The notes under the pieces were generated by a model. The model was not told the DNA's origin. It was given only the letters and a program-made list of their open reading frames with translations, and ran no database searches. The translations under genes were made by a program, and so were the position numbers. 64,000 nucleotides of DNA from the human T2T-CHM13v2.0 reference genome, Homo sapiens: NCBI RefSeq assembly GCF_009914755.1, contig NC_060935.1. One strand, 5' to 3'. Below, piece after piece: positions 1 to 14,482 of this stretch; the first letter of the stretch is position 1, and every line of letters begins with the position of its first letter.

Positions 1-410
1 TGAAAGAATCAAAAGAAGAGTAAAGCTAGTTCAAAGATGATTTGAGAGACTGAGTTAGTTATATATATAGGTCTGAAAAAATGTTAGAAGAAGATTGCTA
101 AATCAAATATAAAACTGGTTAATGTCCCACAGAACAAAAAAATAATTTCTAGGGTTATCTTTTCTTGCTTTGGACAAGAAAAATTTATGTTGGTATTAGT
201 CATATAAAAGTTGATATTTATACTTACAGGGTAACAAAATATCGTAATCAATAATAAATACTAAGTCAAACAATTGCATCCCTAGAGAAATAGATTAACT
301 TCAAATTGCCTAATAACATTTCATCATGATATTGAAAAACCATGTCATTTTCCTTTTTCTTTTTTCTAACTTTGAGTTTTTTGTTTTTTGGTTTTTTTTG
401 CATGCAGCTG

Positions 411-865
411 TATCCATGGTGATCCTGGATGGTGGATGGAGACCACCATACCCCATCTACACAATTTCAGGTATGAAAGGTCACCAAGAGACCACACACC
501 ATATCCATGGTGATCCTGGATGGTGGATGGAGACCACCATACCCCATCTACACAATTTCAGGTATGAAAAGTCACCAAGAGACCACAGACCATATCCATG
601 GTGATCCTGGATGGTGGATGGAGACCACCACACCCCATCTACACAATTTCAGGTATGAAAGATCACCAAGAGACCACAGACCATATCCATGGTGATCCTG
701 GATGGTGGATGGAGACCACCACACCCCATCTACACAATTTCAGGTATGAAAGGTCACCAAGAGACCACAGACCATATCCATGGTGATCCTGGATGGTGGA
801 TGGAGACCACCATAACCCATCTACACAATTTCAGGTATGAAAGGTCACCAAGAGACCACAGACCA
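411..865 (+). repeat. Minisatellite, 5 copies of a 91-bp unit
   Basis: Unit TATCCATGGTGATCCTGGATGG...GAGACCACAGACCA starts at 411, 502, 593, 684 and 775; copies are nearly identical. Confidence 0.97.
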
Positions 866-944
866 ATTTCCTCTCTCCACATGGGTTTGGGTTAAATGAC
901 AAGAAGTCAATTTTCTGTAAAGGGGCTGTTGACATGAGCTTATG

Positions 945-1158
945 CCATGCCATAAGCTTAAACTCAGGCAGACCTGCTCTCTGCCACTTTTTGGCTAAAC
1001 ATAATCCCAGACCAATTTTCTCTTCTGTGAGTAGAAGTAATAATGGCACCTGCCTCATCAACTGGAGTGGGGAGTAAAGGAGATCACCCAGGCAACGTGT
1101 TTCCTGGACTGTCTAGCATTTACCCAACAGTTAGCAAATGCTGCTGCTGTTGTTGCTG
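945..1158 (+). mobile_element. MIR SINE (decayed)
   Basis: CAGGCAGACCTG..CTCTGCCACTT..TTTTCTCTTCTGTGAGTAGAAGTAATAATGGCACCTGCCTCA follows the MIR core pattern. Confidence 0.6.
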
Positions 1159-2011
1159 TTTCCACACCTTGCAACTAAGTTCTATCATCACTTTTCATCT
1201 GGAGAATGTGGTAAAATTTAACTTCAGTTGGATCCAACTTAGGAAAAGGAGAGAAACTCACAAAATAACAAAATAAATTGCAGAAAATGTAATTTCCCCC
1301 TTGGCTAAGAAAGTTGTCCTTGAACTGGCTTTCTATGCACTCCAGAGTACATTTTAAGCAAAGATTGGCTCAAGGATTATAGCCTTACTATTCCTCTGAG
1401 GAGAAAAGGAAAAGTGAGAAACAAGCAGGGATTTAAATGCAATGTTGGTGGAAGATATAAAGTTGATTGGGAGGATGAGAAGATGGGGCTGAGAAGGAAG
1501 GGGGGGCTGCCAAGACTGTTTAAAAAGTCAGATGTGACTGTCTCTTAGCAATGTGTCTGTGATTTTCATGATCTAAAAGGGGGTCAAAAATATCTGTTCC
1601 GCCTACCTCCCTGGGATAGGATAAAGATTAAAGAAATAGAGCAAAACTTTAGAAGTATGTTCTGCTCATTCTGCTAATAAGATTCTCATCTTTTTATTCT
1701 GCTTACTGGGTCTGTAGGAGGCCAGGAAGCTCAGACAATGTCACTCTGAACTACACAGTGGTTATGAGATTTAAGCATCTCTCTGACAAGAACAGAACTC
1801 CCAATCTCCCTTTAGCCTTTTTGTAATCAGTTTTTTAGTTGAAATAGCAATGGATACAGGTGATATCCTTTGTAGTTTGCATCCGTGTTTTCTGTTGGAC
1901 AAAAGTTAGATATTTGCAGGGTTTTAAAAAATTCCCTTACTATATATTTTTGAATAATCATGATGAGGTATAACTTACATACCATAAACCCGCCCACTAT
2001 AATATAACTAG

Positions 2012-2180
2012 TTTATTTTATTTTATTCTTTTTAGAGTCAGGGTCTTGCTCTGCTGCCTGGGCTGTAGTGTGGTGGTGTAGTCATAGCTCGTTGCAATTT
2101 CCAACTCCTGGGCTCAAGGGATCCTCCCACCTTGGCCTCCCGAGTTGCTGGGACTATAGGCGTGCACCACCATGCCCAGC
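2012..2180 (-). mobile_element. FRAM / AluJ right-arm monomer
   Basis: T-rich tail followed by GGGTCTTGCTCTG..CTCCTGGGCTCAAGGGATCCTCCCACCTTGGCCTCCCGAG; single arm only. Confidence 0.85.
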
Positions 2181-2949
2181 TGCTAATGATCTTTAGTAAA
2201 TTTATAGAGTTGTGCAACTATCACCACAATTCAGTTTTAGAACCCTTTCCAACATCTAAAAATGATTCCTCATTCTTATTTGTTGTTACTCTCCATTTTC
2301 ATCCTGCAGTCCCAGGCAACCATAAGCTACTTTTTCTCTATAGATTTGCCTTTTCTGGACATTTCATAAAAATAGAATCACACAACATTTTGTCATTTGT
2401 GTCTGGCTTTTTTATACAGCATAAGTTTTTCAAGATTCATTCATGCTGAAGCATGTTTCAGTAGTTTCTTTCTATTGTTGAATAGTACATTGCATAGATT
2501 ACTACATTTTCTTTATTCATTCACCAGATGATGAACGTTTGCACTGTTCCCAATTATTTTGTATGAGTAATTTTGCTATGAACTTTTGCATACAAGTCTC
2601 TTTGCAGACATATCTTTTCATTTATCTTAGATAGATACCTAGGAGTAGAATTTCTGTGCCATATATTAAGTTTATGTTTTCATTAAAGTGTTTATTAAAC
2701 TGCCAAACTCATTTTTAAAGTATCCATACCATTTTGCATTCTCACTAGCAATGTATGAGAGTTCCAGGCTCCCCATATCCTTGTCAGCTCTTGTTATTGT
2801 CTGTCTTTTTTTCTTCAATTGAAAAGGCATCTCATTGTGGTTTTAATCTGCATTTCCCTAATAAATAATAATGTTAAGCATCTTTACATGTGCTTCTTAG
2901 CCATTCAAATATGTTCTTTGAAGAGATACCTATTTAAATCCCTTGGTCT

Positions 2950-3450
2950 TCTGTTTTTAATAAATTTAACTTTTATTTTAGATTCAAGCAGTACATGCAC
3001 AGGCTTGTTGCCTGGTATATTGTGTGATGCTGAGGTTTGAGGTATGAATGATCCATCACCCAGGTACTGATCACAGTACCCAATAGTTCATTTTCAGCCC
3101 TGGCCTCCTTCTCTCCCTTCTCCCCCAATGACTTCCCATTGTCTATTGTTGCCATTTTTATGTCCATGAGTACCTAATATTTAGCTCCCACTTATAAGTG
3201 AGAACATGCAGTATTTAACTTTCTGTTCCTGCACTGATTCACTTAGGTTAATGGCCTCCAGCTGCATCCATGTTGCTGCAAAGAACATTATTTCATTCTT
3301 TTTCATAGCTGCATAGTATTCCATGGAGTATATATACCACATTTTATTTATCCAGTCCACCACTGAGGGGCTCTTAGGTTGACTTCATGTCTTTGCTATT
3401 GTGAACAGTACAGTGATGAACATACAATGCAAGTATTTTTTGGTAGAATG
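2950..3450 (-). mobile_element. L1PA15/16-like 5'-truncated 3' end
   Basis: 3' UTR TTTATTTTAGATTCAAGCAGTACATG..ATGCTGAGGTTTGAGG; ORF2 C-terminus in ORF 3181-3363; degenerate TSD AAATCCCTTGGT (2936) / AAATCCTTTGCT (3452). Confidence 0.85.
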
Positions 3451-4035
3451 GAAATCCTTTGCTTATTTTTAAGTTGAGTTCTTTGTCTTATTGTTGAGTT
3501 ATAAGTATTTTTATATATTCTATGTATAAGTGTTTTATTAGCTATGTAAGTTTTAAATGTTGGCTTTCAGCCTGTGGCTATCTTTTCATTTTCTTAATGG
3601 TGTCTTTAGAAGCCTGAAAGTTCTAAATTTTGAAAAAGTCCAATGTATTATTTTTTCCTTTGTGAATCATGCTTTTGGTATCATTTCTAAGAACTCTTTG
3701 CATAACCCAAGATCACAAAGATTTTCTTTTATGTTGTATTCTAGAAGTTTTATAGTTTTAACTTGCATTTAAATCTACAATCTATTTCTAATTGTTTTTT
3801 ATGTATGATATAAGACAGTGGTCAAAATTAATCATTTTGCATGTGGATATTCAGTTGTCCCATTATCATTTGCTGAAAAGATTATCCTTTACCCATTAAA
3901 TTGCCTTGGTACCTTTGTCAAAACTCAGTTGACCATAAATAACACGTTGGGCATTTTTTCCCCGAACATTCAATTCTATTCCATGAGCTACATGTCTAAC
4001 CTTGTCCCGGTACCACCCTTTATTTATTCCTGTAG

Positions 4036-4349
<314 letters not shown>

Positions 4350-4814
4350 AGAAATGTCTAGCATTTTTAAACCCAAGTCTTGGATATCATCATCTAGAGA
4401 TCCAGGAATACAGAAAGGAAAGTTTGTAACATATATTTTGTATACACAATTCACAAGATCAACATGATCACAATGAATATTGTGGTTTATCTCTACTGCC
4501 AAATTTGTAATCTATTAACACATACAGACAAATAATAACACATAATAACAAAAGCCACCTGGGAGCCTATAAATATGGTGAGTTTTCTAAATTAAAACTA
4601 CAAGTGTGGATAATTAACAAGTATTAGTTTATTATTATGCACAATCCATGTTTAGTCTTCACATGTTCATGATTATTTTGGTTTCCTATCTGTAAAAAAT
4701 ATCCCTGTCCTCTTTGCTAAAAGAACTTCCCTTTGTTCAGGTGTTGAGAAATGACATGATCATAGAAGATGTACCTCTCTGTAGCACTAGGAGCTGAACC
4801 ACTATTACTCTGGA

Positions 4815-5040
4815 CCAAAGATCAACAAGCTTTTTTCTGCAAAAGGACAGAGAGTAAATATTTTAAGTTTTGCTGGACATAAAGTCTCTGTAACAACTAC
4901 TCAGCTTTACCATTGTCTTGGAAAGCAGCTAAAGGCAATGTGTAAATGAATGGGTGTGGCTGTGTTTTAATAAAACCGGATTTATATGAAGAGGTAACAG
5001 CAGGCTTTGACTGGTGGGCCTTAGTTTGCCAAACTCTGGT
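4815..5040 (+). mobile_element. MER58A (hAT-Charlie MITE)
   Basis: TTTTTCTGCAAAAGGACAGAGAGTAAATATTTTAAG..AATGAATGGGTGTGGCTGTGTT..TAGTTTGCCAAACTCTG. Confidence 0.85.
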
Positions 5041-5044
5041 ATAG

Positions 5045-5462
5045 TGTAGTTTCTTAGGGTTGCTGTGACCAATCACCACAGATTAGGAGGCTTAATAGGA
5101 CAAACATTTGTTCCCTTACATTTCTGGCCTCCAGAAGTCTGAAATCAAGGTTCCAAAGGCTCCAGAGAATTGTTCTTTGCCTCCCTCAGGTTCTGGTGGC
5201 TCCTGACATTCCTTCGCTTGTAGCGGCATCACTCCAGTCTCTATCTTCATCTTCACATGGCTTCCTCTCTGTGTCCTCCCCTCATCCTATGAGAACACTT
5301 GTCATTGGAAATGGGGTTCACTGTAAATCCTAGATGATTTTATATCAAGATCCTTAATTAATTACATGTGCAGAGTCGCTATTTCTAAATAATGTCTCAC
5401 ATTCTGAGGCTCCAGGTAAACATGCATTTTGTCGGGGGGCCACAATTCAACCACTATTCAAC
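5045..5462 (-). mobile_element. MLT1B/C-like MaLR solo LTR
   Basis: GTTTCTTAGGGTTGCTGTGACCAATCACCAC..CCAGAAGTCTGAAATCAAGG..GGGGGCCACAATTCAACC. Confidence 0.8.
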
Positions 5463-6739
5463 ACCTGGTTTAGGCTAATCATGGTAATCCCATTCTTCTT
5501 TGTCATGAATTGTTTTGTAGAAAGCATGGGACCCACTTCTAGCCAGTGAGGCTATAAAGGCTGTTTATGGGGAAATCTGGGAAAATGTCTTCTTATTTGA
5601 TGAAAAATAGGCACAGGCACATATCTTACACTTTCCTGCCTCTGGGCGTTGTCTTATGCTAAGAGTTGATGCAGTTACCTTGTGACCATAAGAACAAAAG
5701 CCAGAAGAATTGCTGAGAAGCTCATACAAAGTCTTCACATCACTGCGATAGTCAATTAACCAACTTTGCCGCTTCCTTACTCTGGACATAGAGTGATGAG
5801 AGATAATAAACATCTATTGATTAAGTTCTTTAATTTAGGTTTACTTTTAGGTATAGTCAAAATCATCCTGACTGTTCTCAGAGTAGTTATTCTCAGGTAT
5901 TCTCCAAATACTACAACCAGATGCTAGAGTGACTGAAAAGCTTGTTGATCTTCCTGCCAGCAATCAATGACACATCGGTACAAATCCATTTTTTTTTTTA
6001 AGATTTCTCACTTTGACATTGACTCACTGGGCAAAAAAGCTGTAATCAACCTTTCTAATTTAATTCTGGGATATAATATGGAGACTGGGCAGGAAAACTC
6101 TTGGAATACTCAGTGAGAATATCAACACATCTCTGAGAAAAATGGGACTGTCTAAAATAAATAGAAAAACAAAATGGAATTTAAAAAAAAACAAGCGAGT
6201 GAGAGAGAGAAAGAGATGCTCTGCTAACTCTGAAGACTAGCCTGGGTAGGTCACAATCCTTGTGTACCCTGTGACTTCCACAAGGAAAAGGAAACAGAGA
6301 ACACAACGTGAAGGAAAAGTGAAGACAGTATAGGCAAAGAAAAGAGGTGGTGGTCCTATTGGAGTGACAGTTATTGTCCTGGATAGCTCAATGTGATATT
6401 GTGAGGTTCCACAGACAGTGGCAAAAAACATTCAGATCAAAGGTCTGGTATGCCAGCACTCATCACAAAATGAATTATTGAATAGACAGTGTACATTCTG
6501 AAAAGTATGTAATATCAATATGTTGTTCTCTATACTTAATGTATACATAAAGTATATGCATTAAACATACCATATATATGTATATGCAATCTATGTAATC
6601 AACACATATGTTATATAACATTTTCTCCCATTTTTATATTGAGTGTTTATTTTATGTCTCTAACGGGGGAAAAGGGAGACTAGAACTCAAAAATAGTTGT
6701 AAAAATTTCCTCCTGAGAGAAATCCATGTTTAAAAATCT

Positions 6740-7895
<1,156 letters not shown>

Positions 7896-8122
7896 CACAA
7901 ACAGTGGTAGCATTTTAATAATTCATTTTGTCTTTTAAAATAATTCATTTTATATCTTTTAAAAATAGTTCTTTTAAGAACTATTTTTTTCTTAATTAAA
8001 AATATCATATAAAATTGGTCACTTCAGTGCTATTATCTTGGAGTTCAATTAGTTTATATAGTATGATAGCAGATAGTCTGGTAAAGTGGAGAGAGTATTA
8101 CACATTTAGACAAACAAAAACA

Positions 8123-8240
8123 GGCCAGGTGCAGTGGCTCACACTTGTAGTTCCAGCACTTTGGGGGCCGAAGTAGGAGGATTGCTTGAGCCCAGGAGTT
8201 CAAGACCAGCCTGGGCAACATAGTGAGACCCTTATCTCAT
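8123..8240 (+). mobile_element. FLAM (free left Alu monomer)
   Basis: GGCCAGGTGCAGTGGCTCAC..GGATTGCTTGAGCCCAGGAGTTCAAGACCAGCCTGGGCAACATAGTGAGACC; monomer only. Confidence 0.88.
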
Positions 8241-11200
8241 ATTTTATTTAATTTAAATAAAAGTAAATTAAAAAGACAAAGACAAATCTCAATTCTACTA
8301 CAAACATCTCTACATGACATTGAGTGAGACATTTAACCACAGTGGACCTTGATGTGTTCTTCTGTCAAATGTGAGGCTGGATCTAAATCAGCTCCAAGGC
8401 TTTTGCTAAAAATCTAGGGGAAATTTGCTTAGCATCCCAAAATTAGTTTGTATAAAAGTTAAGACTAACTTATGGGTCTGCTACTCATGACCAAAACCTC
8501 AACCTCAACCAAAAGTAGCCAGGAAATCTTAACCAAATGTATACTATCTTCAGCAACTTGTCTGTAGATTAATGAAACATAGTTTCAGGTCCAGATCCCT
8601 GTTTACTTACCCAAAACTTTTTACTGTGCCACATACAAAGGCTCAGAGACACATCGAACTGGATGCTCTAGTTGAAAGTAAACAGAAATATCACTTTCTC
8701 CCTGTCTAGATTTAGCAGAATTGCATTTGGAAATCAAAACAATTCATATTACACCAGATTTCAGCAATGTTTGAAGCATCAAAAATAAATTAAATAAAAT
8801 AAATCTTCTCCCATGAAGCCTATCAAAAATAAAGTAGGTGGTAACTGAATTGAAAACTTAATCAGAATGAGGTTCTGTTCTAAATAAATACGTGCATTTT
8901 AAAAACCCATTTATCTAATGTACTATAATCATAGAAAAGGGACTTTCAAACTTTTGATTGGATGCTAGAATGTTAAACTCTGACGGAAGAAATAAAAGCA
9001 TTTGTAATTTATTGCTTTGCTTTTCTTTTTCATAGGGTACAATTTATTTATTTAATTTTCCTACAAGGATATCTTATTTCTCCTCTGACAAATGCCAAAA
9101 ATGAAGACAAGCCAAACATATAGATTGCATTAAAATTGATGTGTATTTTAAAATTTCACTGTTTTTAATTTCCCTGTGCTGAGCTGTCAGCCCTGGCTAC
9201 CCTTGGGAAATCTGTGGCTGGTGCTCAGTGCACCAGTTTCCTAAACACAGCTCAGCCACAACCTCTTACTTTATTCCAGGGTTCCACTCACCAACCTTGA
9301 ATCCTCAAAATGTTTTTCTGATGACTCTATCCTCACGTGGCACAAGCTTTGCCACAGATAAGGGTCTTATATGTCCACAAATAACATGGGGATGTATCTT
9401 ACAGATGGAGAAGAAAGAATAGCAAAATAAATATGAATGTTTGCGGACAGAGCCTACATATGAACTCAAACACATGGATGTCTAAAGTTATGATATTAAT
9501 GAGATATTTGAAGGTAGATAAAAGGAAATGCATCCCCACAGAAATCTGGTGGAAAAAATAGAATTTCTGTCTGCTGTAGTTTCACACAAGAACCTAATCT
9601 TGGGTTTGGAAGGGACGTTAGAGGCCATCTGATCCAACTGCATTCCCGAAACAGGAATCCTGATAGTCGGCGATTCTCCTTAGAATTGCAGGAATTCATA
9701 TCAGAAGGACCAAATTAAGTCTCATTTGTTTCTAGGGTCATGATAGTTCTGTGGAAATCAAGTTTCATTTTTGTTTTGAACCAAATTGTCTGAGAGTTCT
9801 GAAATCTGAGTTCTAAAAATTCATATAAACCTATTGGTTGATACTATGTCTCAGATCTGAATTACTAAAAATGTAGTGTTAACCAGATGATAGGTCCAGC
9901 AATAGGAGGATATTAAAGACCAGTCTGTCACTATTCTTTGCTGCTGTTTGTGAGACTTCTTTCTGCCCTGAAGGGGTTCAAAGCCATAGATTAGCAACAA
10001 AATAAACACAGGCATGATCTATAGTTTTTCCCCCCGTCCGAAGTGCTTAGAATATTGGAAAATAGGATCAATATTTATTGAGCATTGATTCTGTGCTGTA
10101 AAAGGGTGAAGAGTTTTGGAACTATGTAGCTGGAAGAATAGAAGACTGGGATAGAATTCAAGTATTTTCTGATCTATGCAATTTGTCTTAAATAAGATGC
10201 TGATCAACCATTATTAATAATTCCAGAGAATAGAATAAAAGAAAAACAGAGTCTAGAAAGGGGAAATAAGCAAATTATTAGTATTCTGACTATAAATATC
10301 ATAAAAGAGTTTTTGAGGGAAGCTATATCACGATGTCTTTGGAGGACTTTAAGAATAAGGTCAAACATTCATTTATCTTTACTGGGCTGAGAAAAATGCA
10401 TCATGATGGAAAGGATGTATCACTTATCAACATTTCCTTTCTTGATACTATAAAAAAGGACAGAGTGGTCCAGAGTTGGATAAAAAGAAAGACTGGCCTT
10501 TAAGAGTCCCCAGTTTTTCTCATCACTTATTTAGAGAGAGAAGGAAAACAAGTATGTGGGATTCACCTTTTTTTTCCCATCTGGATTATTGATTTTCACC
10601 TTTGGAAGTTTGTCCCACTAACTAACAATATGTTTTTCTATGGCTTAGCTTACACAACCCTAAACCCAAAGCTCATTAATCGAAGCTCCAAGTTCATTGT
10701 CTTGCATCCTTCACCAACCCGAAAATCACTCTTCTCCCACAAAGAGTTGAGGAAAGTTAACTACTGATTTTTCATAGATTTAAAACAATGCAGTTCTTAA
10801 AACACCATGTCTCAAATTGCTACCAGACTACCCTGGACATGCAATTAGTCTTCTTAGAACAGAAAACACCAAAAATAGTTAGTGTTAATTCTTTTATTCT
10901 TTATTTAAACCTAGCCTTCTAGTTTTTATAAGCTCCATTTTTAATTTTATGATTCCCACATATTCTACTTCTGAGTTACATACTAGAGGCAGTTTGGGGG
11001 TTCTTTTTGCATCTAATGAATGTTCTCAGTTAGAAAAATCAAACCCTACCAAAGATTTTAAGTAGCCATGTGCATAGTGCAATTTAAGGGGTGTCACAAA
11101 CCCCATCTCCTCTCTGCGCAGTCATTTAAAACAATTCTCCAGTTTGTTCCCAGTGCTGCTTGTCCTTCTTATTACCCTCAGGAAAAAGTTGAGAATGTGC

Positions 11201-12842
11201 ACATAATTAGAAAACATCATAATATCAATGCCTTCCTTTTGCCAGGTACTATGTAAAAGTGCTGAACAGCAGTAAAGTCAGCAAGGCGGCAGGCTAGGAA
11301 GGTCTACACCCTTGTTTCCCCACTGAAACATTAAATAAAATATCTGCAGATATACTAAAATGACTTTATATGAGCTCTGAAAACTAGTCAAAGATCTGCA
11401 GCCACCAAGTGAATTCCCACTGAAAAAAAGCCACAGTCAAACGGTGGGAAATTTTGTGGTGTTTTTACTCACCCCACCTCACCCCTTCCACTGTGGTGTA
11501 GTTGGGAGAAAATGTCCTAATTCCTAGTTTCCTCCCTGGAGCTAGGAGGAGAAGAGCACAACATACTCGCAATGTTCTAACTTGTCTGTGGGCTTTCCAC
11601 AGGATGGTTTGCTGTCGTGTCTGACTTGGAGCTCAGACAGAAAATGAAAACATTGTTTGTAACTCAGGCTGGTGGAAAACATGGAAGGCAGTGGCAGGTA
11701 CTGTGGTGTGTAAAATGTTAAGGGGGACTATAGACCCATAGACATTTGGGGGCAAATGATTTTTAACAGAGAAATCTGATAAAGCATCTAATTTGCCAAG
11801 GAGAACCTGGGGTGAGACTCTCTGGCAAATTAGGACATTTTAAAGCAGCTATTTTTGTGGAGAGGGAAGATTTTATTTTTAAATCTCACACAGGTCCAAC
11901 CACGAAATATGCCTTTAAAAGACCTCAGAATATCTTAAGCCTCACTTCAGGCTGATCCCGAGGCTGAAAGGCCCCCTGATTAGTGAAGCTCCTCCATGTC
12001 AACCTGCCAAGATTGGAAAGGTTGATGTGTTTTCAATGCCCAATTTTCAATAAACAATCACAAGACATAAAAAAAAAATGGCAAAATATGGCAAAATAAA
12101 AGGAACAAAATAATTTCCTGGCCCAATAAAAGGAACAAAATAATTTCCAGAAATCATCCCTGAAGAAAAATAGGTATCAGACTGTCCAGGAAAAGACTTC
12201 TTAAACAATTGTCTTAAATATGCTCAAAAAGCTACAGGAAAATGTGGACAAAGAACTAAAGGAAATTGAGAAAAAGATATATGAACAAAATAATAATATC
12301 AACAAAGAGACAAAAATTATACTTTAAAACAAACAAATAGAAATTCTGCAGCGTGGCTGTCCCAATCAGACCAAAAAAAAAAAAAAATTCACTGAACTTC
12401 AAGACAGGTGATTTGAAATCATCAACTCTGAAGAGCAAAAGGAAAAACTATTAAAAAATTAACTCTTGCTGCATCAAGTGGACAAAATATATACTATCAG
12501 AGTCCCAGGAGGAGGAAAGAGAGAAAAGGGCAGTGAGGTTATTTGAAGAAATAATGGACAAAAGCTTCACAAATGTGAAGATAAATACGGACACGCAAAT
12601 ACAAGAAGTCTAAGTAGGATTAACCAACCCAAAGAGACCAACCCCAAGACACATTATTATCAACCTGTTGACACAGACAAAGAGAATCTTGAACAGAGCA
12701 AAAGGAAAGTGACGTGTCATGTACAAGTGATCCAGGACAGACTATAAGTGGATTTCTCAGCAAAAAAACTTACAGGCCAGAGAAAATTAGATGATATATT
12801 TAAGATGCTAAACGTTTTCTTAAAGCATCAGTCAAGAATCTA

Positions 12843-13129
<287 letters not shown>

Positions 13130-13456
13130 CTATGGCCTCTTTTTATTTTTTTATGTTTTTATGTTTTTTAATGTTATATTTGTCTTAAAGCATATATATG
13201 CTTTAAGACACCATATATATATATGGTCTCACTCTGTATTTCATATATGTATAATTTTATATGGTCTCACTCTGTATTATAATTCTCTACATAGCAAAAC
13301 TGTTATTCAAAAATGGGAAACAAATTATGACATTCACAGATAACTAAGAGCGGACGTAGTTCATTACCAATAGACTTGTTCCAGAAGAAATGCTAACGAG
13401 TATCCTTTAAGTTGAAAGAAACAACACTCAAAACTCTGTCAAAATACAAAGTTCTT

Positions 13457-13746
13457 AGCCAGGTCTGGTGGCTCACGCCTATAATCCCAACACTTTGGGA
13501 GGCCTAGGCAGGTGGGTCATGAGGTCAGGAGTTCGAGACCAGCCTGGCCAACATGGTGAAACCCTGTCTCTACTAAAAGTACAAAAAATTAGCTGGGCAT
13601 GGTGACATGCACCTGCAATCCGAGCTACTTGGGAAGCTGAGGCAGTAGAATCGCTTGAACCCAGGAGGCAGAGGTTGCAGTGAGCCAAGATCGTACCATT
13701 GCACTCCAGCCTGGGCAACAGAGCAAGACTCCATCTTGAGAAAAAA
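13457..13746 (+). mobile_element. AluS (Sg-like)
   Basis: Dimeric Alu with GGGTCATGAGGTCAGGAGTTCGAG; TSD ATA(C/T)AAAGTTCT at 13444 and 14479. Confidence 0.95.
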
Positions 13747-14482
13747 TATATATATACATATACATATATGTGTATATATACACATATATACACGTGTGTG
13801 TATATATACACATATATACACGTGTGTGTATATATACACACATATATACACGTGTGTGTATATATACACACATATATACACGTGTGTGTATATATATACA
13901 CATATATACACGTGTGTGTATATATATACACATATATACACGTGTGTGTATATATATACACATATATACACGTGTGTGTATATATATACACATATATACA
14001 CGTGTGTGTATATATATACACATATATACACGTGTGTGTGTATATACACATATATACACTGTGTGTGTATACACATATATACACGTGTGTGTGTATACAC
14101 ATATATACACGTGTGTGTACACATATATACACGTGTGTGTGTGTATACACATATATACACGTGTGTGTGTATATACACATAGATGCACGTGTGTGTGTAT
14201 ATATACACATAGATGCACGTGTGTGTGTATATATACACATAGATGCACGTGTGTGTATATATACACATAGATGCACGTGTGTGTATATATACACATAGAT
14301 GCACGTGTGTGTATATACACATAGATGCACGTGTGTGTGTATATACACATAGATGCACGTGTGTGTGTATATACACATAGATGCACGTGTGTGTGTATAT
14401 ACACATAGATGCACGTGTGTGTGTATATATACACACACATACACACACATGTGTGTGTATATATATACACATATATATATAT
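13747..14482. repeat. Compound (TA/CA/TG) micro/minisatellite with 26-30-bp higher-order units
   Basis: Units CGTGTGTGTATATATATACACATATATACA, then ACACATAGATGCACGTGTGTGTGTATAT. Confidence 0.97.

Larger units (their letters stand above)
1945..4030 (-). mobile_element. Old L1M (L1MC/MD/ME-type) 3' UTR and ORF2 fragment, interrupted by FRAM and L1PA16
   Basis: Antisense L1 motifs such as CATCTCATTGTGGTTTTAATCTGCATTTCCCTAAT and CCATTTTGCATTCTCACTAGCAATGTATGAG. Confidence 0.8.
4700..5878 (+). mobile_element. Old MaLR LTR (MLT1J/K-like), split by MER58A and MLT1B/C insertions
   Basis: CTTTGCTAAAAGAACTTCCCTTTGTTCAGG near 4712; GGGACCCACTTCTAGCCAGTGAG and a terminal CAAAATCATCCTGACTG motif. Confidence 0.5.

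Noticed and set aside
411-865. Regularly spaced repeats resembling a CRISPR array
   Set aside because: Units are contiguous and near-identical with no unique spacers, there are no cas genes, and the context is eukaryotic.
9000-10660. Additional acceptor-like sites (9035, 9735) and hydrophobic stretches as further SKINT-like exons
   Set aside because: Translations showed no convincing motif match; AT-rich DNA readily yields such patterns by chance.
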